The notes: a model not told the origin generated them from the sequence alone. 64,000 bases of DNA from Candidatus Fimenecus sp. (GCA_045655645.1 JAZOPS010000051.1:50536-114535); one strand, 5' to 3'. Counted from the stretch's first letter, positions 31,619 through 41,159 are shown. Program-made: numbers and translations.

Positions 31619-32794
31619 ATGTCAATCATTAATGCACTCATTGATTTATTCAATGATTCCAATTTTTTAAACCTTGCGTGGCAAAATTGGGTAATGATTC
31701 TTGTGACATTTGTCCTTTTCTACTTAGCTGTTGTAAAGAAATTTGAACCATTACTTTTATTGCCAATCGCATTTGGTATGCTTCTTGTTAACATTTATCC
31801 TGAAATTATGTATGACCCACTTATGATGTCATCTTATGAAGGTGAAGTTGTCGAAGGTGCTCATTGGTATGACGCAGGTGTTTTAAGACTTATCTATGCC
31901 GGCGTTAAATCAAGTATCTTCCCTTGCCTTATCTTCATGGGCGTTGGTGCAATGACAGACTTCGGTCCTCTTCTTGCTAACCCATCAAGCCTTTTGCTTG
32001 GTGCTGCTGCTCAGTTGGGTATTTATGTTGCATTCTTACTTGCAATCCTTTCAGGACAGTTCACACCACAAGAAGCTGCATCTATCGCTATTATCGGTGG
32101 TGCAGACGGTCCTACTGCAATTTTCCTTACTGGTAAACTTGCTCCACAACTTTTAGGACCAATCGCAGTTGCTGCTTATTCATATATGGCGTTGATTCCT
32201 CTTATTCAACCGCCTATTATGAAAGCTCTCACAACTAAAAAAGAACGCGAAATCAAGATGAATCAGCTTCGCACAGTTAGTAAAGCTGAAAAAATCATCT
32301 TCCCAATTGTTGTTACTGTTATCTGTGTTCTTATTCTTCCATCAGTTGCTCCCCTTCTTGGTTTCCTTATGCTTGGTAACCTTTTCAAAGAAAGTGGTGT
32401 TACTGACAGACTTTCAGACACAGCACAGAACGCACTTTGCAACATCGTAACAATCCTTCTTGGTGTTACTGTTGGTGCAACTGCAGAAGGTAGAACATTC
32501 CTTGACCTTAAAACATTGCTTATTATCGGTCTTGGTTTGATTGCATTTGCATTCTCAACAGCTGGTGGTGTTCTCTTTGCTAAGCTTCTCAATGTTGTTA
32601 CAGGTGGCAAAGTTAACCCACTTATTGGTTCAGCTGGTGTTTCTGCTGTTCCTATGGCTGCTCGTGTTTCACAGGTTGAGGGTAGAAAGTATAACCCTTC
32701 AAACTTCCTTTTGATGCACGCAATGGGTCCCAACGTTGCAGGTGTTATCGGTTCTGCTGTTGCAGCAGGTTTCTTGCTTTCACAATTCGGTTAA
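31619..32794 (+). CDS. Na+-translocating decarboxylase beta subunit (OadB/GcdB/MmdB family)
   Basis: Polytopic membrane protein with [11 protein letters not shown] and [14 protein letters not shown] motifs typical of the beta subunit. Confidence 0.9.
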   Translation: MSIINALIDLFNDSNFLNLAWQNWVMILVTFVLFYLAVVKKFEPLLLLPIAFGMLLVNIYPEIMYDPLMMSSYEGEVVEGAHWYDAGVLRLIYAGVKSSIFPCLIFMGVGAMTDFGPLLANPSSLLLGAAAQLGIYVAFLLAILSGQFTPQEAASIAIIGGADGPTAIFLTGKLAPQLLGPIAVAAYSYMALIPLIQPPIMKALTTKKEREIKMNQLRTVSKAEKIIFPIVVTVICVLILPSVAPLLGFLMLGNLFKESGVTDRLSDTAQNALCNIVTILLGVTVGATAEGRTFLDLKTLLIIGLGLIAFAFSTAGGVLFAKLLNVVTGGKVNPLIGSAGVSAVPMAARVSQVEGRKYNPSNFLLMHAMGPNVAGVIGSAVAAGFLLSQFG

Positions 32795-32814
32795 TTCAAA
32801 CACATTTGAATATA

Positions 32815-32849
32815 GAAAAAACCGTAGTCGATTTGACTACGGTTTTTTT
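32815..32849. terminator. Bidirectional intrinsic terminator
   Basis: ACCGTAGTC (32821-32829) pairs with GACTACGGT (32835-32843), flanked by an A-run and a T-run. Confidence 0.8.
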
Positions 32850-33522
32850 ATATCTTTATGAGAATTGGATTTCGAATTTTAATCGTATCAGGTGTCACAG
32901 CACAATCATAAGCTAGTGGAATTACACCATTTTCTTTTGCTTGTTTCAATGCATCGGCAAACTGTGGATGTGTTTCTTTATTAGGTTCAAAGTATTTCAC
33001 ATCTAACATCTGAACAACAAATAAAACATAGGCTTTAAACCCCTCTTTAACAGCTTTTTGCAGTTCATTGAGATGTTTAACTCCACGCTCGGTTGGAGCA
33101 TCAGGAAAGCGCACTACGCCATCATTTTCAAGAGTTACGCCTTTGACTTCTATGAAAATCTTTTCCGTTTCAGTTTCAATATAAATATCAAAGCGAGAGT
33201 TTCCGTACTTGTATTCGGGTTTTATCTTTTTAATATCACTAAAAAGTTTTGGCATAAATTCAAGTGCAACTTTATTCACGACTTGACTATCCATATTGAT
33301 TAGTCTGTCGCCCTTTTGCACTGCAATAAGGTCATATCCTGTTTTTCTGTTTGGGTTAGAGCTTTTTTCAAGATAAACTGTTGAACCTTTTAAAAGCAAT
33401 TCTCGGCATCTACCAGTGTTTTTTACATGGCATACTTCTTCTTTGCCATTTATATCACAAATTGCAATAAAACGATTAGGTCTTTCAAGAAAAATACCTT
33501 TTATAATGTTTTCATATTTCAT
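32848..33522 (-). CDS. sfsA: Sugar fermentation stimulation protein SfsA (nuclease-fold DNA-binding protein)
   Basis: Motifs RPNRFIA, CHVKNTGRCRELL and EVKGVTL. Confidence 0.85.
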   Translation of the reverse strand: MKYENIIKGIFLERPNRFIAICDINGKEEVCHVKNTGRCRELLLKGSTVYLEKSSNPNRKTGYDLIAVQKGDRLINMDSQVVNKVALEFMPKLFSDIKKIKPEYKYGNSRFDIYIETETEKIFIEVKGVTLENDGVVRFPDAPTERGVKHLNELQKAVKEGFKAYVLFVVQMLDVKYFEPNKETHPQFADALKQAKENGVIPLAYDCAVTPDTIKIRNPILIKI

Positions 33523-33530
33523 AATTCACC

Positions 33531-33561
33531 AAAAAAGACGGTGGTAAAACCTACCACCGTC
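33531..33561 (-). terminator. Intrinsic terminator after the GPH transporter gene
   Basis: GACGGTGGTA (33537-33546) pairs with TACCACCGTC (33552-33561), with a T-run on the minus strand. Confidence 0.75.
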
Positions 33562-33579
33562 CGATATTTTATAAATCGA

Positions 33580-35148
33580 TTATTCAGCTTTAGCAGCTTC
33601 TTTTCTTGCAGCAATTTCCGCAACCATCTGTGCCTGTTTCTTTTCTGTAATTGTGTAGAAAAGCATTGGGATGATTGTACCAACCATACTGAGAGCACCA
33701 GCAAGAATAAGAACATTCCAAAGTGTCTGTTCACCTTCTGGTGTAATTGCAGGAGTTGCTTCCGGGTTAATCTTTGCCCAGCTGAATGCCATAACACCAA
33801 CGAAAGCACCAACAGCCATACCAACCTTATTGATAAGAGTCTGCATAGCGAAGCAAATACCTTCACCACGTTCGCCTGTTTTCCATTCAAGGTAGTCAAC
33901 TGTGTCACCAATCATAGCATATGTGATGATGTTGTTAACACCCTGTGGGATACCAAGAAGAACAAGACCGATAGCACAAACAACAAGTTTCCATGGAGCA
34001 TCGTAACCGATGAAGTACATAGCAAACATAACTACTGCGCCAAGTACATGAACACCAATATATGCCCATTTCTTTGTAAATTTCTTTGACATCCAAGGAA
34101 CGAGAATTGAAGCTACAAGACCACCTGGAACAACCATAAGAGTGATAAGACCATACAAACCTTCGTCTTTAAGAACATATTTTGCGAAGTAAAGACCACC
34201 TGTGTATGTATAAACCATTCTTGCGCCACCGAGAACACCTGAAATAACAACAAGAAGAAGTTCTTTATTCTTGAAGAGGAGCTTCAAGTTGTGACCAAGA
34301 CTTGGTGGTGCATCTGTTGTTGTGAAACGTTCTCTTGTGTGTTTAAAGCCATAGAAGAACATTGGAATTGCTGTGATAGTAAATACAAGAGCACAGATAA
34401 AGTATGTGTATTTAAGTGTGTCCGCATTATCCTGAATGAATTCTGGCATAACTGTACCAATAAATGTTTTTGCTTGTTCAGCTGTAACACCAAGGTCAGC
34501 TACAATCTTATCAATATCATTTTCTGTATATTTGAATTTTGAAGTAACTGCACCAGTGATAATTGGAACACCAACTGTAACAAGACCTGCACCTAATGTG
34601 CAAAGAAGACGAGTGATTGTAAGAAGATTACCACGAACTACTGTGTCATTTGACATACAAGTTGAGAGGCCCCAATAAGGAACGTCAGCAATTGTGTATG
34701 CAACAGACCACATTGTATAAATAGCTGCGATAATAACGAATGTTGAAAGTGTTTTTGCTGGCAATGGAATAAAGCATGCAATTGTCATTACAGCAATTGG
34801 AATAGCCATCCATTTAAGATATGGACGACATTTACCCCACTTGGTTCTGGTTCGGTCAACAACTGAGCCCATGATAGGGTCATTAAGTGCGTCAAAAATA
34901 CGAACGCCGAGCATTAAGAAAGCAACCGCTGTTGCACCATTAAGGGCACCAAAGATCCCACCTTCCTGAACACTACCAAAAAGGAGAGCATCAGTCATAA
35001 AGATTGTGATATATGAACCGATGATTGTGCAAATAAAGTTCTGGCCAAAACCTGTTACACCATAAGCAAGTGCTTCTTTTGGTTGAAGACTTGAAGGGTC
35101 ATTAGGATTTGTACCGTAGAGCTTATGCAAAAGGTTATTGAGTTTCAT
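33580..35148 (-). CDS. Glycoside-pentoside-hexuronide (GPH):cation symporter family MFS transporter
   Basis: GPH signature DALNDPIMGSVVDRTRTKWGKCRPYL and 12 TM-like segments. Confidence 0.85.
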   Translation of the reverse strand: MKLNNLLHKLYGTNPNDPSSLQPKEALAYGVTGFGQNFICTIIGSYITIFMTDALLFGSVQEGGIFGALNGATAVAFLMLGVRIFDALNDPIMGSVVDRTRTKWGKCRPYLKWMAIPIAVMTIACFIPLPAKTLSTFVIIAAIYTMWSVAYTIADVPYWGLSTCMSNDTVVRGNLLTITRLLCTLGAGLVTVGVPIITGAVTSKFKYTENDIDKIVADLGVTAEQAKTFIGTVMPEFIQDNADTLKYTYFICALVFTITAIPMFFYGFKHTRERFTTTDAPPSLGHNLKLLFKNKELLLVVISGVLGGARMVYTYTGGLYFAKYVLKDEGLYGLITLMVVPGGLVASILVPWMSKKFTKKWAYIGVHVLGAVVMFAMYFIGYDAPWKLVVCAIGLVLLGIPQGVNNIITYAMIGDTVDYLEWKTGERGEGICFAMQTLINKVGMAVGAFVGVMAFSWAKINPEATPAITPEGEQTLWNVLILAGALSMVGTIIPMLFYTITEKKQAQMVAEIAARKEAAKAE

Positions 35149-35178
35149 AAAATCCCTCTTTCATAATATAATGAAAAT

Positions 35179-35207
35179 ATTATATCACAACGAATTATTT
35201 AATTCAA
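35179..35207 (-). promoter_or_regulatory. Sigma-A-type promoter of the GPH transporter gene
   Basis: Minus strand reads TTGAAT (35207-35202), a 17-nt spacer, then TATAAT (35184-35179), with an extended-10 TG. Confidence 0.6.
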
Positions 35208-35244
35208 TGTTTTTTAACAAAAAATGAACAGAAAAAAGCATTAA

Positions 35245-35278
35245 AAAACTCCCCTATTTTCATAGGAGAGTTTAATTT
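35245..35278 (-). terminator. Intrinsic terminator after the M28 peptidase gene
   Basis: CTCCCCTAT pairs with ATAGGAGAG (one mismatch), with a T-run on the minus strand. Confidence 0.6.
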
Positions 35279-35286
35279 TTAGAAAA

Positions 35287-36501
35287 TTACTGTTTTGCGC
35301 CGTTGTCAAACATTTCAAGAGTTTTAACACTTGCTGCAAAGCAATCTGCAAGACATCCTTTATTGAGTTTTTCAGGAGTATCAAGTCTTGTATGATAGAA
35401 ATCAGGAAGTGCGTGGTTAAGAGCTGTAACACCTGTTGAACGCATGCCTGCTTGTGCGAATGCTGCTGAGTCAGTTGCACCGCCAAGTGGTGGAACAACA
35501 CCCTTGCCACAGTGAATGCCGAGTTCCTGACAAGCTTCATAGTAAAGGTCTGAAACATCTTTATCAACTTTAACTGTTGAGTTAAGGTCACGATAGTTTA
35601 CCTGCATATATTCAGGTTGTGTGATTGTATCATAAGAATAAACAAACGTTGGAACATCATTAAATTCATGAGCATGTGCTTCACACCATGCTTTAGCACC
35701 ACGAAGACCTGCTTCTTCTGAACCTGTGAGAACAACACCGATTTCTGTGTTTTCAAGTTCAATACCTTCTTCTTTAAGTGCTTTAAGAATTGCGATACCG
35801 ATATAGCAACCTGAGAGGTTATCATTAGCGCCATCAACAACTCTCTTTTTGTTCCACATAAAGTAGAGACCAAACCAGAATGGAACAAAGATAAGTCCCC
35901 AAAGACCAAGTTTTGTTGCAAGTGCAGCATCAGCACCACCTAATTTAATTGCAGCGATAACAATCATATAAATTGCACCAATAATGCAAAGGAACATATG
36001 AATGTCAAAACCAAGATATGTAAACTTATATTTGAATGGCCATTCCCAAGTTGCGTCAGGGTGACCGTTGAAGATAATTCTTCTTTTTACTTCGCCTGTT
36101 GGTTTCTTGAAACCAGCTGCATTGTGACCTGTTAATTCTTTGAAGCATTTATCAAGTGTTTTCTTGTAAAGACCGAATTGTAATACACAAAGAGTAAGAC
36201 CAACCACAATGAAAATGATTGAAAGTACAGGCATAAAGAAATATGATGCAAGTGCTAAGAAACAGCAAGTGATTGTAAAGTAAATCCAACCATAGAATGA
36301 GTCGGGATTTTCTTTGAACTCGTCAACATAAACTTCGTCACAACCCAAGTCTTTCAACTGGTCTGCCATATATTCGCAAGCCTGTTGTTCACCTTTTGTA
36401 CCTGGAGCTCTTTTTTCAAATTTTGTACAGATATGAGTGATTTCGTCAATCATAAACTGCGCAGCTTCATCTTTTTTGTCAATAATCTTTCTTAAATCCA
36501 T
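35287..36501 (-). CDS. M28-family metallopeptidase with internal TM segments
   Basis: Zinc-site blocks FNGHPDATWEW, DGANDNLSG and GSEEAGLRGAKAW. Several hydrophobic helices lie between the N-terminal region and the catalytic domain. Confidence 0.75.
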   Translation of the reverse strand: MDLRKIIDKKDEAAQFMIDEITHICTKFEKRAPGTKGEQQACEYMADQLKDLGCDEVYVDEFKENPDSFYGWIYFTITCCFLALASYFFMPVLSIIFIVVGLTLCVLQFGLYKKTLDKCFKELTGHNAAGFKKPTGEVKRRIIFNGHPDATWEWPFKYKFTYLGFDIHMFLCIIGAIYMIVIAAIKLGGADAALATKLGLWGLIFVPFWFGLYFMWNKKRVVDGANDNLSGCYIGIAILKALKEEGIELENTEIGVVLTGSEEAGLRGAKAWCEAHAHEFNDVPTFVYSYDTITQPEYMQVNYRDLNSTVKVDKDVSDLYYEACQELGIHCGKGVVPPLGGATDSAAFAQAGMRSTGVTALNHALPDFYHTRLDTPEKLNKGCLADCFAASVKTLEMFDNGAKQ

Positions 36502-36561
36502 GAAGATTCCCCTTCCAAAATTTATGTTAATATTTTATCACATTAAATTGTAAAATGCAAT

Positions 36562-36590
36562 AAAAAAAGCAGACTAAAAGTCTGCTTTTT
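36562..36590. terminator. Intrinsic terminator closing the ten-gene surface-protein operon
   Basis: GCAGACT (36569-36575) pairs with AGTCTGC (36579-36585), with an A-run and a T-run on both sides. Confidence 0.8.
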
Positions 36591-36600
36591 AATTAAACCT

Positions 36601-38601
36601 TTATTCAGCAATAACTTCGCGTTCATCTTCTTCGTCTTTTTTTCGTTTAAAGATAATTAGAATAACGAAAAACAAGCTCAAAGCCATTAATGAAATAATT
36701 GTAATTGGTTGACCAAAGTACTCAACGAATGTGTATGGAATATCAATAATAGGAACATCTTTTTTAGGTCCTCCGATTGTGATTACAACGCCATCGTTAT
36801 CTTCGTCACCATCAGGTGTTCCGTCATAATCATCAATATGTCCGTCGCCGTCTGAATCGGGGTCTTTTGAATCAGTGATACCATCATTATCGTCATCGTC
36901 GTCATCCTTATCAGGAATACCGTCGCCGTCTGTATCCTTTTTATCATCATCGCCGTCATCGTCATTGTCACCATCATAAAGTGGTCCGTCAGGAAGACCA
37001 TCGTTATCGTCATCGTCGTCTTCGATATCAGGAATACCATCACCATCAGTATCACGCTCCGGACTGTCGGAGTCATCTACATCAGGAATTCCGTCACCGT
37101 CGTCGTCTGCGTCCCTATCGTCATCAATGCCGTCATTGTCGTCATCATCGTCGATTCTGTCAGGTGTACCATCACCATCTGTATCACGGTCAGGATGGTC
37201 AGGGTCGTCCCTATCTGGAATGCCGTCGTTATCATCATCTGAATCGTCGTCATCCTTTATGCCATCGTTATCGTCATCGTCGTCGATTCTGTCAGGCGTA
37301 CCATCACCGTCTGTATCACGGTCAGGATGGTCAGGGTCATCTTTATCGGGAATACCGTCGCCATCATCATCAGGGTCAGGAATATTATTTAAATCATCAT
37401 TTCCATCAGGAAGACCGTCGTTGTCATCATCGTCGTCAACGCTGTCGGGAATACCGTCACCGTCTGTATCACGGTCAGGATGGTCAGGGTCGTCCTGGTC
37501 AAGAATACCGTCGTTATCGTCGTCAGTATCTTTTGTATCAAAAATACCGTCGTCATCATCGTCAGGGTCACTTCTATCAGGAACACCGTCACTATCTGTG
37601 TCACGGTCAGGATGATTCGGGTCGTTTTTATCAGGTATGCCGTCGCCGTCGTCATCTAAGTCATTGTCGTCATCGAGTCCATCATTATCGTCATCAGGGT
37701 CGATTGCATCCGGCAAACCATCGCCGTCTGTATCACGATTTGGGTGGTCAGGGTCATCCTTATCAAGAATTCCGTCACCATCATCATCAGGGTCAGGAGT
37801 TACATTAGGATTTGGGATATCAGGGTCACCATCAGGGTCTTTAAACTCAGGAACATTAGGGTCCCCCGGGTCAGTATCGTCTGGGTCCTTATCAGGAATT
37901 CCATTCTTGTCATTATCTACAATGCTAAAATCTAAATAAATCTTTTCAGCATCAAAAGGAACAAGTACAACTTGTGTGCCATCAGATGCAGTTGTAAGAG
38001 TTACTTCTTTAACATCGGCTCTTTCAATTACAAAAGAAACGTTTGCAAGAACTTCGCCATCTTTTGAAATTGTAACAAGATGTTTACCATCAGCAATATC
38101 TTTCACAAGATATCGTCCATCAGCATTGGTTTTTGCTGTTACACCGCCAAAGTCAAAGCTTAGCTCGGCACCTTTGACTTCTTTCTTACCAAGATAAACA
38201 GTACCTTCAATATCCACCTTGCTACACTTATCATTAGGGTCAGAAGAACATTTTTCAAAAACAACTTTAACAAAGACATCATTAACAATATTTGTAATTT
38301 TAAGATTGCCACTGACAAATTGTTCTGTAACATCAGCGCCATTTACTTCAATGCTTTCAATGTGATAGCCGTTTTCATAAATTACGCCAAGGTCGATTTC
38401 ACCAAATCTATTAATATTAAATTGTGTACCATCAGGGCATAACTTACCATTTACAAGCACATAACCGCCATCATTATAAATAACGGTAACTGAGTGCTCA
38501 TAAGGAACTGATGTTGAAATAACCGTATTCCCGGCAAATGCTGGTATCGCCATAACAAACACCATAGCTAAAGCCACAATGATACTTATTGCTTTTTTCA
38601 A
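36601..38601 (-). CDS. Secreted, C-terminally tail-anchored protein with a CarboxypepD_reg-like Ig module and a long array of thrombospondin type-3-like calcium-binding repeats
   Basis: TTG start behind an AAGGAGGTGG RBS. Signal peptide MKKAISIIVALAMVFVMAIPAFA. Ig-like block GTVYLGKKEVKGAEL...NADGRYLVKDIADGKHLVTISKDG. About 23 DxDxDG-type loops by my count (DTDGDGIPD, DDDNDGLPD...). C-terminal TM segment ISLMALSLFFVILIIF plus KRKKDEEDE. No LPXTG. Confidence 0.8.
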   Translation of the reverse strand: MKKAISIIVALAMVFVMAIPAFAGNTVISTSVPYEHSVTVIYNDGGYVLVNGKLCPDGTQFNINRFGEIDLGVIYENGYHIESIEVNGADVTEQFVSGNLKITNIVNDVFVKVVFEKCSSDPNDKCSKVDIEGTVYLGKKEVKGAELSFDFGGVTAKTNADGRYLVKDIADGKHLVTISKDGEVLANVSFVIERADVKEVTLTTASDGTQVVLVPFDAEKIYLDFSIVDNDKNGIPDKDPDDTDPGDPNVPEFKDPDGDPDIPNPNVTPDPDDDGDGILDKDDPDHPNRDTDGDGLPDAIDPDDDNDGLDDDNDLDDDGDGIPDKNDPNHPDRDTDSDGVPDRSDPDDDDDGIFDTKDTDDDNDGILDQDDPDHPDRDTDGDGIPDSVDDDDDNDGLPDGNDDLNNIPDPDDDGDGIPDKDDPDHPDRDTDGDGTPDRIDDDDDNDGIKDDDDSDDDNDGIPDRDDPDHPDRDTDGDGTPDRIDDDDDNDGIDDDRDADDDGDGIPDVDDSDSPERDTDGDGIPDIEDDDDDNDGLPDGPLYDGDNDDDGDDDKKDTDGDGIPDKDDDDDDNDGITDSKDPDSDGDGHIDDYDGTPDGDEDNDGVVITIGGPKKDVPIIDIPYTFVEYFGQPITIISLMALSLFFVILIIFKRKKDEEDEREVIAE
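36790..37930 (-). repeat. Degenerate coding tandem repeats (about 129-nt / 43-aa super-repeat of three DxDxDG loops)
   Basis: Repeating unit DPDHPDRDTDGDG.PD..DDDDDNDG..D..D.DDDGDGIPD.D. It produces long spurious ORFs in the other frames and on the other strand. Confidence 0.85.
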
Positions 38602-38647
38602 TGAAATCCACCTCCTTAACTAATTCTTTTTAGAAAAATTACGGAGT

Positions 38648-39148
38648 TTATGATTCAGAATACTCTACAGTATATGTGATTGTACCTGTATATGCACCAA
38701 CTGGAGCAGCTCCGAACCCTGCAACTGTAATTGTTGCGTCTGTTCCACCCATATCAGATGCTTTTGCACCATCATTTACGCCTGTAAATGTTGTTTCGCC
38801 TGCACCTGTAAGTGTATATTTAAGTGTTGCTGTTGTATCAGCATTAGTCATAACACCGTTGTTTGCGTCATCAGTATCAGCATCATAAGCAACATCAACA
38901 TTAACCGAAGCACCAACAAGAAGTTGTGATGTAACTGAATAGCTTGCATCATAAGCTGTTGTTTCGTCACCCCAAACAACTGAAATTGTTGCAGGGATTT
39001 GAACTGTGTATGATGCGTCTGTTGTTGCATCATAAGTTGTTTCAACATTAACAATATTTTCACCGACAACAGCTGTTTCTGCAAATGCAGGAACTGTAAC
39101 TGCCATCATCATAACGAGTGCTAATGCAATAGAAATAATCTTTTTCAT
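38648..39148 (-). CDS. Small secreted beta-rich protein, paralog 1 of 7 (unnamed family)
   Basis: Signal peptide MKKIISIALALVMMMAVTVPAFA. Family motifs YTVQIPATISVVWG, YSVTSQL..GASVNVDV and VGAYTGTITYTVEY. AAGGAG-type RBS. Closest of the seven to the C-terminal domain of the giant. Confidence 0.8.
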   Translation of the reverse strand: MKKIISIALALVMMMAVTVPAFAETAVVGENIVNVETTYDATTDASYTVQIPATISVVWGDETTAYDASYSVTSQLLVGASVNVDVAYDADTDDANNGVMTNADTTATLKYTLTGAGETTFTGVNDGAKASDMGGTDATITVAGFGAAPVGAYTGTITYTVEYSES

Positions 39149-39167
39149 AATAAATTACTCCTTTGAA

Positions 39168-39656
39168 TTAAGCGATTTCTGCTGTAAATGTAAGAGTGTC
39201 TGTGTAGCTATCGATTGCAACTGATTTCCAATCGTTAAGAGCAACTTTAACTGTTACCTTTGCTGTATCATCATAAACTGCTGAATCTGCTGTGAATATT
39301 GCATTTTCAAGTGTGTAACCAAGTGAGCCACCTGCTGTGCTTGTCATTTTATAAGCACCATCAGCGTCAGTTACTGTAACCTTAACTGCGTCACCTGTTT
39401 TAAGCTGACTTGCAACTGCATATTCAATGTCAGTTGAAGTTGCTTCCCAAGGAAGTGTCTGAGTTGCAGGGATTGTAACTGTATACCAAGCTGCCTCAGT
39501 ATCACCAATACCGTCATTGTCAGTATCTTTCTTTGTATCTGTATTGATTATTGTATCACTACCTGCATTTGAGCCACCTGTAACAGCTGCAAAAGCAGGA
39601 ACACAGATTGCCATCATCATTACAATAGCCATAGCAATTGCTAAAATCTTTTTCAT
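39168..39656 (-). CDS. Small secreted beta-rich protein, paralog 2 of 7 (has an N-terminal DTDNDGIGD calcium-loop motif)
   Basis: Signal peptide MKKILAIAMAIVMMMAICVPAFA. Motifs YTVTIPATQTLPW, YAVASQLKTGDAVKVTV and W..VAIDSYTDTLTFTAE. Confidence 0.8.
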   Translation of the reverse strand: MKKILAIAMAIVMMMAICVPAFAAVTGGSNAGSDTIINTDTKKDTDNDGIGDTEAAWYTVTIPATQTLPWEATSTDIEYAVASQLKTGDAVKVTVTDADGAYKMTSTAGGSLGYTLENAIFTADSAVYDDTAKVTVKVALNDWKSVAIDSYTDTLTFTAEIA

Positions 39657-39682
39657 TTTAATTACCTCTTTTATGAAATCTA

Positions 39683-40165
39683 TTAAATATCTGTAAGCTC
39701 TGCATTGAATGTTAATGTTCCCACATAATTATCAATTGATGCTTTCTCCCAATTAGTAGTAGGAATCTGCACCATTACGCTTGATGTTTCTGCGTTTTCA
39801 GGAAGAATAACAGAATTTTTTGTAGTGTATTCTGTTGTACCCTCTTTTAAAGAATATTCAAGGAATGCGGTATTAGTAGCATTTTTCATTTTACCATCAG
39901 TATCAGCAGTTACCGTAACTTTTACACCTTTTCCTGTTGCCAATTGACTGTAAACTGAATATTCAATTTCTTCTTCTGTTTGTCCCCAAGTAATTGTAGC
40001 AGTAGCAGGTATTGTTACTGTAAAAGATGCACCAACTGTTGAACCGTCAACTCTTACAGGGGTACTGCCCATTGATGTAGTTGCATCAAGAGTGGCTGCA
40101 AAAACTGGAACGCAGATTATAAACATCAGCACAAATGCCAGAGCTAATGAAAGTATTTTTTTCAT
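39683..40165 (-). CDS. Small secreted beta-rich protein, paralog 3 of 7
   Basis: Signal peptide MKKILSLALAFVLMFIICVPVFA. Motifs FTVTIPATATITWG, YSVYSQLATGKGVKVTV and W..ASIDNYVGTLTFNAE. Confidence 0.8.
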   Translation of the reverse strand: MKKILSLALAFVLMFIICVPVFAATLDATTSMGSTPVRVDGSTVGASFTVTIPATATITWGQTEEEIEYSVYSQLATGKGVKVTVTADTDGKMKNATNTAFLEYSLKEGTTEYTTKNSVILPENAETSSVMVQIPTTNWEKASIDNYVGTLTFNAELTDI

Positions 40166-40187
40166 ATTAAGCCCTCATTTCAAACAA

Positions 40188-40658
40188 TTAAGCGTTAACG
40201 AGCTCTGCTGTAAATGTGATTGTTCCTTCATAAGTAGCGATTGAAGCTGCTGCCCATTCACCTGCATCAATTGTAAGGTTGAATGTGTGAGACTCATTGT
40301 TTACAACTGCACTATTTGCAATACCTGTTGTAGCGTCAGCAACTGCAAATTCGATTGTTTCGTTTGCAGCGTTTGTAAGGTCTTTTGCCTTTTCAAGTGA
40401 AACCTTAACGCGTTTGTCGGTCTGCACCTGGCTTGTAATCTTATACGCTCCTGCTTTTGTTGTATCACCCCAAGTAAGGTCAACTGCTGCAGGAATTTCA
40501 ACTGAGTATGTTCCATCGCCTTTGTCTGCAACACCGTCAACTAAAACTGTTGAACTGCCTGACTGTGCATTAACATCAAGTGTTTTTGTAGCAAAAGCAG
40601 GAACACAAATTGCCATCATCATAATGAGGGCAAGAACTAATGAAATAATCTTTTTCAT
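40188..40658 (-). CDS. Small secreted beta-rich protein, paralog 4 of 7
   Basis: Start trimmed to ATG 40658 (MKKIISLVLALIMMMAICVPAFA), 8 nt after AGGAG. Motifs YSVEIPAAVDLTWG, YKITSQVQTDKRVKVSL and W..ASIATYEGTITFTAE. Confidence 0.8.
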   Translation of the reverse strand: MKKIISLVLALIMMMAICVPAFATKTLDVNAQSGSSTVLVDGVADKGDGTYSVEIPAAVDLTWGDTTKAGAYKITSQVQTDKRVKVSLEKAKDLTNAANETIEFAVADATTGIANSAVVNNESHTFNLTIDAGEWAAASIATYEGTITFTAELVNA

Positions 40659-40682
40659 AAAATGCATCTCCTGACCATTAAA

Positions 40683-41159
40683 TTATGCATCAACAACTGT
40701 TGATGTGAATGTAAGTGTATCGCTATATGTATCAATAGCTGCTGCATTCCAAACTGTTGCATCAACATTGATACTATAATTAAATGTTGCATTTGTAACA
40801 ACAGGACCTGTTGTTTTACCTGTAGTTGTACCGCCAAGAGTATAAGCAAGAGTAGCGTTATCAGCGTTTACCATGTTAAGTCCGTCGCCTGTATCAGCAA
40901 CCACAACCTGAACTGCTTTACCTGTTCTAAGGTTTGAATTAACTTTATAATCAAAGTTTGTTGTTGCAGTGCCCCAAACAATGTTCATTGTTGCAGGATA
41001 AGTAACTGTATAAGTACCATCGCCTGTAATTGCAGATGTATCTGTCTGAACTGTTGCAGTACCTGACTGTACATTAGCGTTGAGTTCTTCTGCAAAAGCA
41101 GGAACCATAACAACCATCATCATAACGAGTGCCATTACTAAAGAAATAACTTTTTTCAT
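40683..41159 (-). CDS. Small secreted beta-rich protein, paralog 5 of 7
   Basis: Signal peptide MKKVISLVMALVMMMVVMVPAFA. Motifs YTVTYPATMNIVWG, YKVNSNLRTGKAVQVVV and W..AAIDTYSDTLTFTS. Confidence 0.8.
   Translation of the reverse strand: MKKVISLVMALVMMMVVMVPAFAEELNANVQSGTATVQTDTSAITGDGTYTVTYPATMNIVWGTATTNFDYKVNSNLRTGKAVQVVVADTGDGLNMVNADNATLAYTLGGTTTGKTTGPVVTNATFNYSINVDATVWNAAAIDTYSDTLTFTSTVVDA

Noticed and set aside
33427-34089. Long antisense ORFs within well-supported genes (for example 33427..34089 +, 32263..32733 -, 54264..54866 +, 62528..63001 +, 15779..16411 +, 10263..10664 +).
   Set aside because: Each lies opposite to, or out of frame with, a gene that has strong family motifs. Their products have low-complexity, Cys/Phe/Asn-rich composition typical of antisense frames in AT-rich DNA, and there are no RBSs.
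36790-37930. Highly repetitive DNA that might be taken for a CRISPR array or non-coding satellite. It carries many long ORFs in other frames and on the plus strand (for example 36981..37808 +, 37127..37615 +, 37637..37939 +).
   Set aside because: The repeats are in-frame coding repeats of the DxDxDG calcium-loop protein. They are degenerate, have no unique spacers, and sit within one long ORF that has a signal peptide and a TM anchor. The alternative-frame ORFs (His/Arg/Ser-rich) are by-products of the GAT/GAC-rich repeat.
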